Part shown: positions 28,477 through 37,316 of the stretch, piece by piece | Layout: the number at the start of each line of letters is the position of its first letter | Numbering within the stretch: position 1 is the stretch's first letter | Origin: Actinomycetes bacterium | Lineage (GTDB): Bacteria > Actinomycetota > Acidimicrobiia > Acidimicrobiales > Acidimicrobiaceae | NCBI GenBank assembly: GCA_021777475.1 | Contig: JAJYDM010000001.1 | Location: 18,993-82,992 of the forward strand | DNA: 64,000 bases | Direction of reading: 5' to 3' | Notes under the pieces: generated by a model | Told to the model about the DNA's origin: nothing | Database searches by the model: none | Seen by the model: only the letters and a program-made list of their open reading frames with translations | Program-made: the position numbers and the translations under genes

Positions 28477-29238
28477 CTAAAAGGGAAGCTTTCGGTTAAT
28501 CGATCTTGGCATATGTCTTAATCCAAAGATGACCGTTCGAAAGGACTGAGGCACCCAAACGATCTCTTTGCCCATCTCGAGTCCTTTTATGGCAGATATT
28601 GCAACTTTTTCCGGAGTGGTGGACAAGGGTACGGATTTGAGTGATTCGGTCATCTTGGTCTTGACGAATCCCGGCCTAACCACCGTCACCTTGATTGACG
28701 TGCCCCAGAGAGCATCCGAGAAACCAAGTGCGAAGGCATCAAGGCCGGCTTTGGATGAACCGTAGATGAAATTGGAACGGCGCACCTTGGTTCCTGCTAC
28801 AGATGAAAGAACAAGAATTGAGCCATTGCCTTGTCGTTTCATCTTCTCGACAACCGTTGTCATAGCTACCGCAGGGCCGGTGAAGTTGGTAGTGAGAACT
28901 TTGGCCACTGCCCCCGGATCCGATTCATCTGACTGCTGGTCACCGAGAATCGCTGCTGCGATGATTACGAGGTCCACCGTTGGAACCAGTGACATGGCTA
29001 GCTCTGTTTGTGCCGCAACCTGGGCTAAGTCCGTTGTATCGAAAGCAGCTACCTCCACTTCTATTTCTCCCAGGTCGCTAACCATTAAGGCGCGTTGGTG
29101 AAGGGTCGCTTGGCTCGGTCCGGCAAGAACCACCTTTTCCAGGCGATATTGCGAATACTCTTTGAGTAGTGCAAACGCAATATCAGAGTTTCCGCCGAGC
29201 ACGACGACATTTTGTGGCTTCTTGAAGGAGTCGTTCAA
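28477..29238 (-). CDS. dprE2: Decaprenylphospho-beta-D-erythro-pentofuranosid-2-ulose 2-reductase (DprE2-type SDR)
   Basis: Motif YGSSKAGLDAF. The C-terminus WVPQSFRTVIFGLRHMPRSINRKLPF closely parallels my recollection of mycobacterial DprE2 (...RHIPRSIFRKLPI). Adjacent to dprE1. Confidence 0.88.
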   Translation of the reverse strand: MNDSFKKPQNVVVLGGNSDIAFALLKEYSQYRLEKVVLAGPSQATLHQRALMVSDLGEIEVEVAAFDTTDLAQVAAQTELAMSLVPTVDLVIIAAAILGDQQSDESDPGAVAKVLTTNFTGPAVAMTTVVEKMKRQGNGSILVLSSVAGTKVRRSNFIYGSSKAGLDAFALGFSDALWGTSIKVTVVRPGFVKTKMTESLKSVPLSTTPEKVAISAIKGLEMGKEIVWVPQSFRTVIFGLRHMPRSINRKLPF

Positions 29239-29265
29239 TGTTCTGATTCCTTGGTTTTGTCTGGC

Positions 29266-30621
29266 CTATATTCCAAGGCGTCTCGATAGGTCCGATCGGA
29301 GAATTCTTGTGGGGTCAACTGACTCCACAATGCGCTTAAATTCCTCCAACTGTGGGTACATGGCTTTTAGGCGATACTTTGAGACACGTCCATCCTTGGC
29401 GAGGTAAACGCGGCCTCCAGCTTCGATCACCATTTCATCTAGTTGGTCGAAAAGACGAGGTAAGGTGGCTGGTCCTACCGGTAGATCGAGGGCAAGCGTC
29501 CATCCTTTCATTGGAAACGAGATTAGTCCATTATTCGATTTTCCGAAACGCTTCAGGACGGTGAGAAATGATCCGGCCTTATTTTTTGACAGAAGTTCGA
29601 GTGAGTTTTTGACTACATCTTCTTGACCGAACGGCACAACGTATTGGTACTGGACAAACCCTTTGGAACCGTAGATCCGGTTCCAGTTATCCACCACATC
29701 CAAGGGGTGAAAGAACGAGGCGGCATGGTGGATTGCTCCTATCTCTTTCTTTGGTGACTTCCGGTACCACATCTCGTTGAAGGCTTTGATTGTTAGGGAA
29801 TTAAGTATCCCCGAAGGGAAGAGATCTGGAGCGGAGAAGAGAGTTTTCGGCTTAAATTCCAGGGGAGCTTTCAGATGGGACTTTCCTAAATCGCTGAGGT
29901 GTGCATGGTCCCCTTGGGTAAGGACAGCCCGGCCCAATGAGGATCCCCGCGCAAGTGAATCGACCCACGCTACGGAATAGCGGTAATGGTCATCTTCAGA
30001 TTCCATAAGGGCAAGTACTTCGTCGAGACTATTAGTCCTCTTGGTGTCGACCTTCATGTAAGTGGATTCAATCCTGATCAGACGGAGTGTGGCGTTCAGA
30101 ATAACGCCTGTAAGGCCCATGCCACCGCAGGTCGCATTGAAAAGCAACGGGTGTTCCTGTTTGGTGAGGGTCACGACTCCATTTGGCGTAGCAAGGTCAA
30201 TTGAGGTGACGAAGTCGGTGAAGGAGCCATCTTGGTGATGGTTTTTACCGTGAACATCGCAGGCAATTGCTCCCCCAATGGTGACCTGTCTGGTGCCAGG
30301 TGTGACGGGCACAAAAAAGCCGGCCTCGGAAAATTCCCGCATCAGCTGGTCTAGTGACGCTCCAGCCTCCACCTTAAGTAATCCGGTGGAAGGGTCGAAA
30401 TGTAACACGTGATTCCAGATGGTGGTGTCTATGAAGGATCCACCCGACAATTGTGCTGCGTCGTTGTAGCTTCTTCCGAGCCCCCTGGCTACTACGCCGG
30501 AACCAGCAAGGGCCTTGAGCATCGCCGGCCAGTCGGAATTCATTGGGAGTTCCAGCTTGGAACTCATTCCAGGATTTGTCCGTCCCCAGCCTGTAAGAAT
30601 TTTGGTGTTTTCCGTTACCAA
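29266..30621 (-). CDS. dprE1: Decaprenylphosphoryl-beta-D-ribose 2'-oxidase (DprE1-type FAD oxidoreductase)
   Basis: Motifs LTGWGRT, ARGLGRSYND, GTRQVTIGGAIACDVHGKNHH and FPMKGWTLALDLP. The C-terminal tail length matches Mtb DprE1 exactly in my alignment from memory. Confidence 0.88.
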   Translation of the reverse strand: MVTENTKILTGWGRTNPGMSSKLELPMNSDWPAMLKALAGSGVVARGLGRSYNDAAQLSGGSFIDTTIWNHVLHFDPSTGLLKVEAGASLDQLMREFSEAGFFVPVTPGTRQVTIGGAIACDVHGKNHHQDGSFTDFVTSIDLATPNGVVTLTKQEHPLLFNATCGGMGLTGVILNATLRLIRIESTYMKVDTKRTNSLDEVLALMESEDDHYRYSVAWVDSLARGSSLGRAVLTQGDHAHLSDLGKSHLKAPLEFKPKTLFSAPDLFPSGILNSLTIKAFNEMWYRKSPKKEIGAIHHAASFFHPLDVVDNWNRIYGSKGFVQYQYVVPFGQEDVVKNSLELLSKNKAGSFLTVLKRFGKSNNGLISFPMKGWTLALDLPVGPATLPRLFDQLDEMVIEAGGRVYLAKDGRVSKYRLKAMYPQLEEFKRIVESVDPTRILRSDLSRRLGI

Positions 30622-30678
30622 TTTTCGCTCATTGCTCCCAGTCTTTTGGTCGTATTCTTCTTACTTTCTGACTCGTCC

Positions 30679-31680
30679 CTATCTGCTTAGGTAGATGCCA
30701 ATTATCAGCACGATCATCCAGATTGCGCCAATGACTTGAAGCAATCTATCAGACAAGAGTATGTCTTCCGGGGCACCGCCATGGCCTTGATCCACTAGCA
30801 GCGCGTAACGAAGAATTGCAGCGACAAAAAAGAGTATTGAACTCTCAATCCACAGAGCTCCCTTTGGGGCGGATGCCCCCTTTTCGAAGGCCCAAAGGCA
30901 GTAGGCGGTGATGGCGACGCCAGAGGAAAGAGTCCTCGCATAATTCAAGAATTCAATGGGATACTTACCCAGCGAGGTCCTGTGGGTTGAAGCGTCCTCG
31001 CCCAGAAGCTGTGTCTCTGAGTATCGTTTGCCAACAACTATAAAAAGTGAGCTGAAGGCGGCGACAATCACGAACCAGTTCGAAAGTGGTACGTGATCTG
31101 CAACGCCGCCAGCTATGGCTCTAAGAAGGAACCCGAGGGCCACAATGAGGATGTCAATCACTGGCTCGTGTTTCAAAAAGTTAGAGTATGCGATATTTAT
31201 CAGAAGGTAGATCATTACCACAATGCCAAGGTCGGTGTTGGCTAAGGTGAAGGAAATTGTTAGGCCGATTACTGCCGACACAATGGCCACTACCATTGCC
31301 AGCGGGATCGGGACCTGACCTGCGGCTATCGGTCTTGTGGATTTCTTTGGATGGGACTTGTCTCTCTCCACGTCAATGACGTCATTAAGCAAGTAGATTC
31401 CCGACGCGACCAAAGTGAAGGCAAAAAAGGCGATGATTGCTGGTCCAATCAGCTTTGTGTTCGTAATCGAACCTGCGGCAATTGGAGCAGCAAATACTAG
31501 TAGATTCTTAATCCACTGCTTTGGCCTAGTCGAAATCAGTAGCGCGTTAGCGATATTGCGTTGAGGTTTAGGCGAAGCCAAAGCATTTTCCATTTCTCTC
31601 ATCAGCTGTAAGTTGTCATAGTCATCGTGGAATGTTTCAAGTTGTGTGCGCGCACTATGAAGGAGTGCCTGGCTACACAT
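30679..31680 (-). CDS. UbiA-family prenyltransferase, decaprenyl-phosphate phosphoribosyltransferase-like
   Basis: Multi-TM protein with the Asp-rich motif NDVIDVERDKSHPKKSTRPIA. Same strand and immediately upstream of dprE1-dprE2. Confidence 0.8.
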   Translation of the reverse strand: MCSQALLHSARTQLETFHDDYDNLQLMREMENALASPKPQRNIANALLISTRPKQWIKNLLVFAAPIAAGSITNTKLIGPAIIAFFAFTLVASGIYLLNDVIDVERDKSHPKKSTRPIAAGQVPIPLAMVVAIVSAVIGLTISFTLANTDLGIVVMIYLLINIAYSNFLKHEPVIDILIVALGFLLRAIAGGVADHVPLSNWFVIVAAFSSLFIVVGKRYSETQLLGEDASTHRTSLGKYPIEFLNYARTLSSGVAITAYCLWAFEKGASAPKGALWIESSILFFVAAILRYALLVDQGHGGAPEDILLSDRLLQVIGAIWMIVLIIGIYLSR

Positions 31681-31745
31681 TAGCGAGTTATTTGGCCAAT
31701 GCTCGGATGGTGGTCGAATCCTCCCCGGGGCAGGGGCTAAGGGTT

Positions 31746-33893
31746 TCAGGCTTGAGGCTCTGCCGGGTGATTTGACGCACAGCCCCTTGCTTCACAGAAG
31801 TGGTAATGCTCAATTCCCTCCAATACGCCAAGCGCATAGCTTGACTTTGCGAAGTAGATCTGATGGTGCCCACGTAAGCGTTCCAACTCCGGACTGTAGT
31901 TGCCCACCACCACTCCCAGTGTGCGACCTTCCAGCATCTCTTCGTCATTGCCGGAATCTCCCGCTACCAGTATCTTTTCTAGTGGCACGCTCCACTTGTA
32001 GGACAGATAGCGTATGGCGCGTCCCTTTGAAGCCCTTATGGGTAGAACATCCAAAAACGCCCCGTGGGAGTAGATGAGGTTTGCTCGGAGGCCACGAGAG
32101 GCCAGGAGGTTCGAGACTTGATCGAGCGGAGGGATTGCGCTGTCGGTCACGTTATAGGAGATCTTGAATTCACCCTGGTTTGGCATAGGCTGTGGCTCAA
32201 GTCCAGGGACCTCCTTGAGTGCAATCAAAGTGTCCTCTCTGCGCCAGGAGTAGCGAATGTGGGTAGCCCACCCGAGATCCGGCAAGATCTTAGGTCCATA
32301 GTGAATCTCGCTGCCTACTGAGCTGATCAGGACCTCTGGTGTGGGTACGTTATTTTCCCGAAGGACAGCTAACGCCTCGCGAAGGGAACGGCCAGTCGCC
32401 ACGGCGAACATCGTTCCTTTCCTGTGCTCATCCATCCATTCCAGTAATTTTCTAAGCCCATCGCTGTCGCCAAGAAGCACATTGTCAATGTCAAGAGCCA
32501 AGATCCGGCTGGCGTGTATTAGCGGGGGTTTGTGAAGCAGCTCGATTCGATGCCGGGTGGCTTTGCGACTCCCTCTGATGACTTGACGAACCTCCTTTAG
32601 GTACTTGTTGACGTGGGCATCCCAGGCATAGTGGTTCTTCACGCCAGCGACTCCATTGCGTGCCCACTGGCGCCATTTTGGTCCCGCGGTAACGACTGCG
32701 AGGAGCGCATCTGCCAGTGCTGCAGGATTGAGGGTTTCGACGAGGAGCCCGTTTCGGCAATGTCGAACTATGTCGATTGGGCCGCCGTCGTCCGGAGCGA
32801 TAATCGGAATGCCGCTGGCTGCGGCTTCAAGAAGGGTCAGGCCAAAAGCTTCTGTTATTGCGGAGTTCACAAATACACCTCTTCGCTTCGCAGCAAGCCG
32901 AAAAAGCTCTGGGACCTCATCAGGTTGGTGATGCTTTGGCATCGACACCTTGCCATTGAGGGCATACTTGTCGATCAAGAGAAGAATATTCGTTAGGATC
33001 TGTGCGGCACTTTCCTCAAGATTGGATATTTCATCCCGATTTCCCGCCACAATGACAAGGTTTGAGCGATCCTGGAGTTCCGGACTTTGCCCGTATGCTT
33101 CGACTAGCCCTTCCAGGTTCTTGCGTCGATCCGCGCGTGCAATAGTCAGGATCATTGGCTTGTTGGGCTTTGTCAGGAAGCGGTCCACCTCTTCGTGGAT
33201 GGCTTGAGACGGTCGCCATTCTCGATCAGGGGGGTGAAATCGGGATAAGTCCATTCCCGGAGGTATCACCTTGATCCGGTTTGGGTGCGTTCTTTCATAC
33301 AGTCCGTATTGCTGGTCAGCTTCTTGACGGGTGCTTGCGATTATCATCGCCGCCTGATCGAGCACTTGTTCCTCGACATCAATTCTCCTGCTGATTCGGA
33401 AACGCCGTTCAATCTGTGTCTCGGTCATGCCACCTTCTAACAGGTACTGCAGCTTGACTCTTCCAAGTGAGTGTCCAGTATGAATTTGAGGGATGTTAAG
33501 CATGTTAGATAGCTGAAGGCCGATATAGCCAGCATCTGCGTAATGCGTGTGCAGAATATCCGGTAGGCGATCTTGCGCTTTGAAGTGCTGTAACGCTCTA
33601 TCAACGAACTCGTCCAAGTAGGGCCAAAGGGCTTCTTTGCGGATATAGCGTCTTGGTCCGCAACGGAGCCTCACGATTCGCGAGTTGGGCGACAAGGCCT
33701 CTTCGTCCGCCGCATAGTCGGCAGAGATTGACGGACTCTCTACTTTCCGAGTAAGCAGATCAACCTTTTCTACACCTGTGTTATTGGCTAGGGCATGTAC
33801 CAGATCAAGTACGTAGCCTACCTGCCCGCCTGTATCGGGGTCACGCCCAAGTTCGGGCTCTTTGCTTCTAATGAGTCCGTGGACGCTAACCAT
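31746..33893 (-). CDS. sps: Sucrose-phosphate synthase (GT4 domain) with a C-terminal sucrose-phosphatase-like HAD domain
   Basis: N-terminus VHGLIRSKEPELGRDPDTGGQVGYV, then HTHYADAGY and EAFGLTLLEAAASG. The C-terminal domain has LDIDNVL, ATGRS and GDSGNDEEM. Confidence 0.88.
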   Translation of the reverse strand: MVSVHGLIRSKEPELGRDPDTGGQVGYVLDLVHALANNTGVEKVDLLTRKVESPSISADYAADEEALSPNSRIVRLRCGPRRYIRKEALWPYLDEFVDRALQHFKAQDRLPDILHTHYADAGYIGLQLSNMLNIPQIHTGHSLGRVKLQYLLEGGMTETQIERRFRISRRIDVEEQVLDQAAMIIASTRQEADQQYGLYERTHPNRIKVIPPGMDLSRFHPPDREWRPSQAIHEEVDRFLTKPNKPMILTIARADRRKNLEGLVEAYGQSPELQDRSNLVIVAGNRDEISNLEESAAQILTNILLLIDKYALNGKVSMPKHHQPDEVPELFRLAAKRRGVFVNSAITEAFGLTLLEAAASGIPIIAPDDGGPIDIVRHCRNGLLVETLNPAALADALLAVVTAGPKWRQWARNGVAGVKNHYAWDAHVNKYLKEVRQVIRGSRKATRHRIELLHKPPLIHASRILALDIDNVLLGDSDGLRKLLEWMDEHRKGTMFAVATGRSLREALAVLRENNVPTPEVLISSVGSEIHYGPKILPDLGWATHIRYSWRREDTLIALKEVPGLEPQPMPNQGEFKISYNVTDSAIPPLDQVSNLLASRGLRANLIYSHGAFLDVLPIRASKGRAIRYLSYKWSVPLEKILVAGDSGNDEEMLEGRTLGVVVGNYSPELERLRGHHQIYFAKSSYALGVLEGIEHYHFCEARGCASNHPAEPQA

Positions 33894-35755
33894 GCAGAGG
33901 TAAAGACTTTTTTCTTCGATAAGAGTCTCTCCCTAGTAGTCGGTTAATTTCCTGGCGGTCAGATGACCAACTTTGGGCCGAGTTCAGTCTTCAGGAAAAT
34001 GTGCATAGTAACTTTATCAAGTTATGGATTGCTTGTGCAAGGGATTAGACGGCATTTACGTACTCTCAAACTCAAAATACACTCGCTTGACCTGGGATTA
34101 TGCCTGAAGTTGTGATCTTAATCATTTAGCCCGCCGCGAGCGTGATCCACAGATCGGTCGAATCGCTCGCAGAGAGAGAAGTCATAATGGATTCGAGAAT
34201 CGATGACCAACCAGTGCATGAACGGGGGAGTTGTGCCATGACGTTATTAGCAATGGATTCTGCATTTATCGCGGCCGAACAAACTTACTAATGCACTCCA
34301 GTGCTAATTAGGCCCTCCCGTATTGTGGCGGGCTGGGCCACGAAATGAGTTCTGTCTCCGACTGCGGGTCCTGCCAGAGATCGGATTTTTTCAGGGGCCA
34401 AATTGGGTGCCGTCATCCAACCCTGGTTTCAGTGTGGACGAGCCCGTTGTTTCGGCAGATCTGGGAACGAAATCTTAGCCCGTCGTCAATTTCACTCATT
34501 GAGGCCGCAGTACTCTTCTGGGAGGTAGAGGTGGAGGCAAAGGCCCTGAAGGTCAAATTCCAGGGCATTCCCATAAAAAGGGATTTGACGAAGGAAAGTC
34601 AAAAGAGAAGGAGGCATGGGTTCCGAGATTTGTGCTAGAGCCATCCCTGTTACCGCGGCTGGCGCCTTTCGCGGAAGCCGGTTTTCCTAGGCAGCCTAAG
34701 GATGAAAAACCAGGGTGATCTTAACCTGAGGAGGTTTAAAAGCGGCTAGGCGCAAAGGAAAGACATTGGGCTGTTCCACTTGAAATTTACGGCGGATTGT
34801 CAAGCCGTTCCACCTCGCGTTGTGAAGCAAAGGCATACCAATGGGTTGCTGCAATCGGATTCGGGGGCAGGTCGTGCTAAGCTGAATTTAGTTGTATCTT
34901 TCAACAAAGTGCAGGCTTCAGCCCTTTGAAATTGTATCGAGACGTGGCCACGAATTTGTGCTCCAATGGAGTATTTCCTTGAAGGGTGTCCCAAAGTGAC
35001 GTTGGCGTCTCCGTTTTGTGTCAGATAAGGCCTGGTGTTTATGTGTCTTCTGGAGCAAAGTGCTGGTAATTTCGAGATCCGATGTGGATTTCTGAATGCG
35101 TTCCATCGATTGGATAGGTTTTAGGCAGGGTGTTGCGTGGTTGGCAGGGACTTGCCTGTGGTGAGCGCATGCGCCTCCGCCGTTACTCCCGACACGGTCA
35201 AACTGGACGCCTGAACTGCTGTTGTTGGATGCGAACAGTTAAGTTAGATATTTGCTCTAAATCTGGATATGTTATGACTGAAGATGTTGGTTGGAGACCC
35301 TACAAGGTAATGGTCACTGTGCCTTGGCCGGTGATACAACTCTAGATGATCGTTTTCGGCCACTGACCAATTGGTGGGCTTGTCGGAATTTGCCATTTGC
35401 GATTCAGTTTGTTTCGGGAGAATTCCGCTGTCTTCAACTCAGTTTGACGTTGCGGACCCGATTCTCTGCATGTTGGCAGGATGACTCCAAATGGCATTAT
35501 AAGTCCAAGAGCTTTTCGCTACTTGCTTCAGATTGGGTTGTTTGTAGCGGTTATCCGGATTTTGTGTGTATAAAGATGTTGAATATAGAAGGTCTTCGAA
35601 ATGAATAGTCAGCTCTCTTCCAATTGTGTCGGCGAATGAGCAAGGGAATCGCAAGCAGCCCGGAGGATCCGGATGAAGTCTCGCAAGTTCGAAGCGCCGA
35701 AGGGGCTGTTCCCGCTTCGCGCAACTCAGTTTTAACCCGATTTCGTTCAAAGGCA

Positions 35756-37012
35756 ATGGCCAACACATTCGAGTCGCTGAAAATCCGTGATTTCAGGGTG
35801 CTCTGGTTCGGTTTCATGGGTTCGTGGACCGGTATGCAGTTTCAACAAGTGGCCAGAGGGTACCTGGCGTACCGTATGACGGGTAGCGCCTTTGCCATCG
35901 GAATTGTCACGTTGGCTACGGGTCTTCCGCGGATAGTTCTATCACCTATCGGCGGATTTCTTGCAGATAGGTTCAAGAAACGCGATGTGATTGTCTGGAC
36001 AAGCGTGCCAATGACTCTACTGAGCTTGGTAACCGGAATTCTCTATGTTGGGCACTCGCTCACAATCGACTGGCTGGTGATTCTAGGATTTTTCCAGGGA
36101 ATTTGTTTCGGTTTCCTGATGCCTGCCCGACAATCATACGCTCCGCAGGTTGTGGGGACTGGCCATCTCCTTCCTAATGCCGTCGCGCTAAACAACGCTG
36201 GCATGAATATGACGCGCGTGGCCGGTCCTGCGGTGGCGGGGCTTTTGATCGCCACCCCTCATTTCGGATTGGGCGGAACCTTTTTCGCCATTTCTGGATT
36301 TTGGCTCTGGGTTACTCTTTCGGCTTTGAAAGTCCATAACCATGGAGTCCCTACCGGTCCTCGAAAGAGGATGGGAGAGAGCGTCAAGGAGGGATTCAGT
36401 TATGTGAGGCGAAGGCCAGGTTTGTTGGTGCTTATGAGCCTGGGGTTCGTTCCACTTGCATTGGGAATGCCGTACCTCAATCTGATGCCGGCAGTTGCAG
36501 GCGGTCCATTGCATGGTGGCTCCACTTTGCTCGGACTCTTGTTAAGTATCGGCGGCGTTGGTTCGCTCGTAGGAACACTGTTGCTGGCGTCATTTGCGCG
36601 CTATCCAAAGAAAGCTGCATTGCAACTGCTGCTTGGCGTGTCGTTTGGAGTCTCACTTGTCGGGTTTTCATTGTTCGTTCAGCTCCACGAGCTGGCACTG
36701 GCCATCCCATTCTTGTTCTTGACCGGAATGACGGGAGACGCATATCAGGCTCTGAACTCGAGTCTCATAATGATGAACACCGAACCTGGGCAGTATGGAC
36801 GCGTGATGGGCGTTTACATGATTGCCCAATCGATTAGGCCAATATCAGTAATGCCTGTCAGTGCGGTTGCTGATCAGATTGGAACCGCGATAACCCTTTT
36901 TGCATCCGGAGGGATAGTCGCTCTCTTCGTGGCGGGGGTGGCGGCTCTTTATCCTGCCTACCGGCAGATTGGCAGGCCGACACCTCCGATTATGACTGAG
37001 CCAGAGGTATAG
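35756..37012 (+). CDS. MFS transporter (EntS/DUF894-like efflux type)
   Basis: The product starting MANTFESLKIRDFRVLWFGF... is typical of this MFS subgroup. 12 TM segments. The track ORF begins 132 nt further upstream, but that extension is hydrophilic and lacks an RBS. Confidence 0.8.
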   Translation: MANTFESLKIRDFRVLWFGFMGSWTGMQFQQVARGYLAYRMTGSAFAIGIVTLATGLPRIVLSPIGGFLADRFKKRDVIVWTSVPMTLLSLVTGILYVGHSLTIDWLVILGFFQGICFGFLMPARQSYAPQVVGTGHLLPNAVALNNAGMNMTRVAGPAVAGLLIATPHFGLGGTFFAISGFWLWVTLSALKVHNHGVPTGPRKRMGESVKEGFSYVRRRPGLLVLMSLGFVPLALGMPYLNLMPAVAGGPLHGGSTLLGLLLSIGGVGSLVGTLLLASFARYPKKAALQLLLGVSFGVSLVGFSLFVQLHELALAIPFLFLTGMTGDAYQALNSSLIMMNTEPGQYGRVMGVYMIAQSIRPISVMPVSAVADQIGTAITLFASGGIVALFVAGVAALYPAYRQIGRPTPPIMTEPEV

Positions 37013-37221
37013 CCTTAAAAGGTCGCATGCCCCTTCATGATTACTGTCGCACGGCCATTGGGAACTTCTCAAAATTCACCGGGTAGCTTATCCCAGGGAA
37101 AAGAGGCCAGGCATGCAGAGCGACTGGTCCTGCAGCGAAGCGGTCATTGCCTGACTAACCGGCGTTTTAGGCGGGCAAATCTTCAGCATTGGCAATGAAA
37201 CCCGTTACGGTCTTATAGTTG

Positions 37222-37246
37222 CATTAGTTTTACCTGTAACCTAATG
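37222..37246. promoter_or_regulatory. Nested palindrome upstream of the UbiD-family gene (candidate operator / -10 region)
   Basis: CATTAG-TT-TTAC-CT-GTAA-C-CTAATG, 70 nt upstream of the ubiD-like start. It contains the TAATGT -10-like hexamer. Confidence 0.35.
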
Positions 37247-37316
37247 TGAAAACGTCCTGGTTCCGGAAGCCATTGCGGCCAAGGCAAATAGAAAAGACGT
37301 GGAGAGGGGAGTTTCC

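Noticed and set aside
34585-34605. GAAGGAAAGTCAAAAG here, and CTTAGGAAAGTCCCGAC on the minus strand at 40155-40172, are reminiscent of the RNase P RNA P4 motif GAGGAAAGTCCGGGC.
   Set aside because: The matches are imperfect. The complementary 3' P4 strand (ACAGAACCCGGCTTA-like) and the other conserved regions are absent nearby.
34616-34639. 7-codon mini-ORF ATGGGTTCCGAGATTTGTGCTAG directly after GAAGGAGG.
   Set aside because: The Shine-Dalgarno-like sequence ends only 1 nt before the ATG, which is too close for initiation. Nothing else supports it as a leader peptide.
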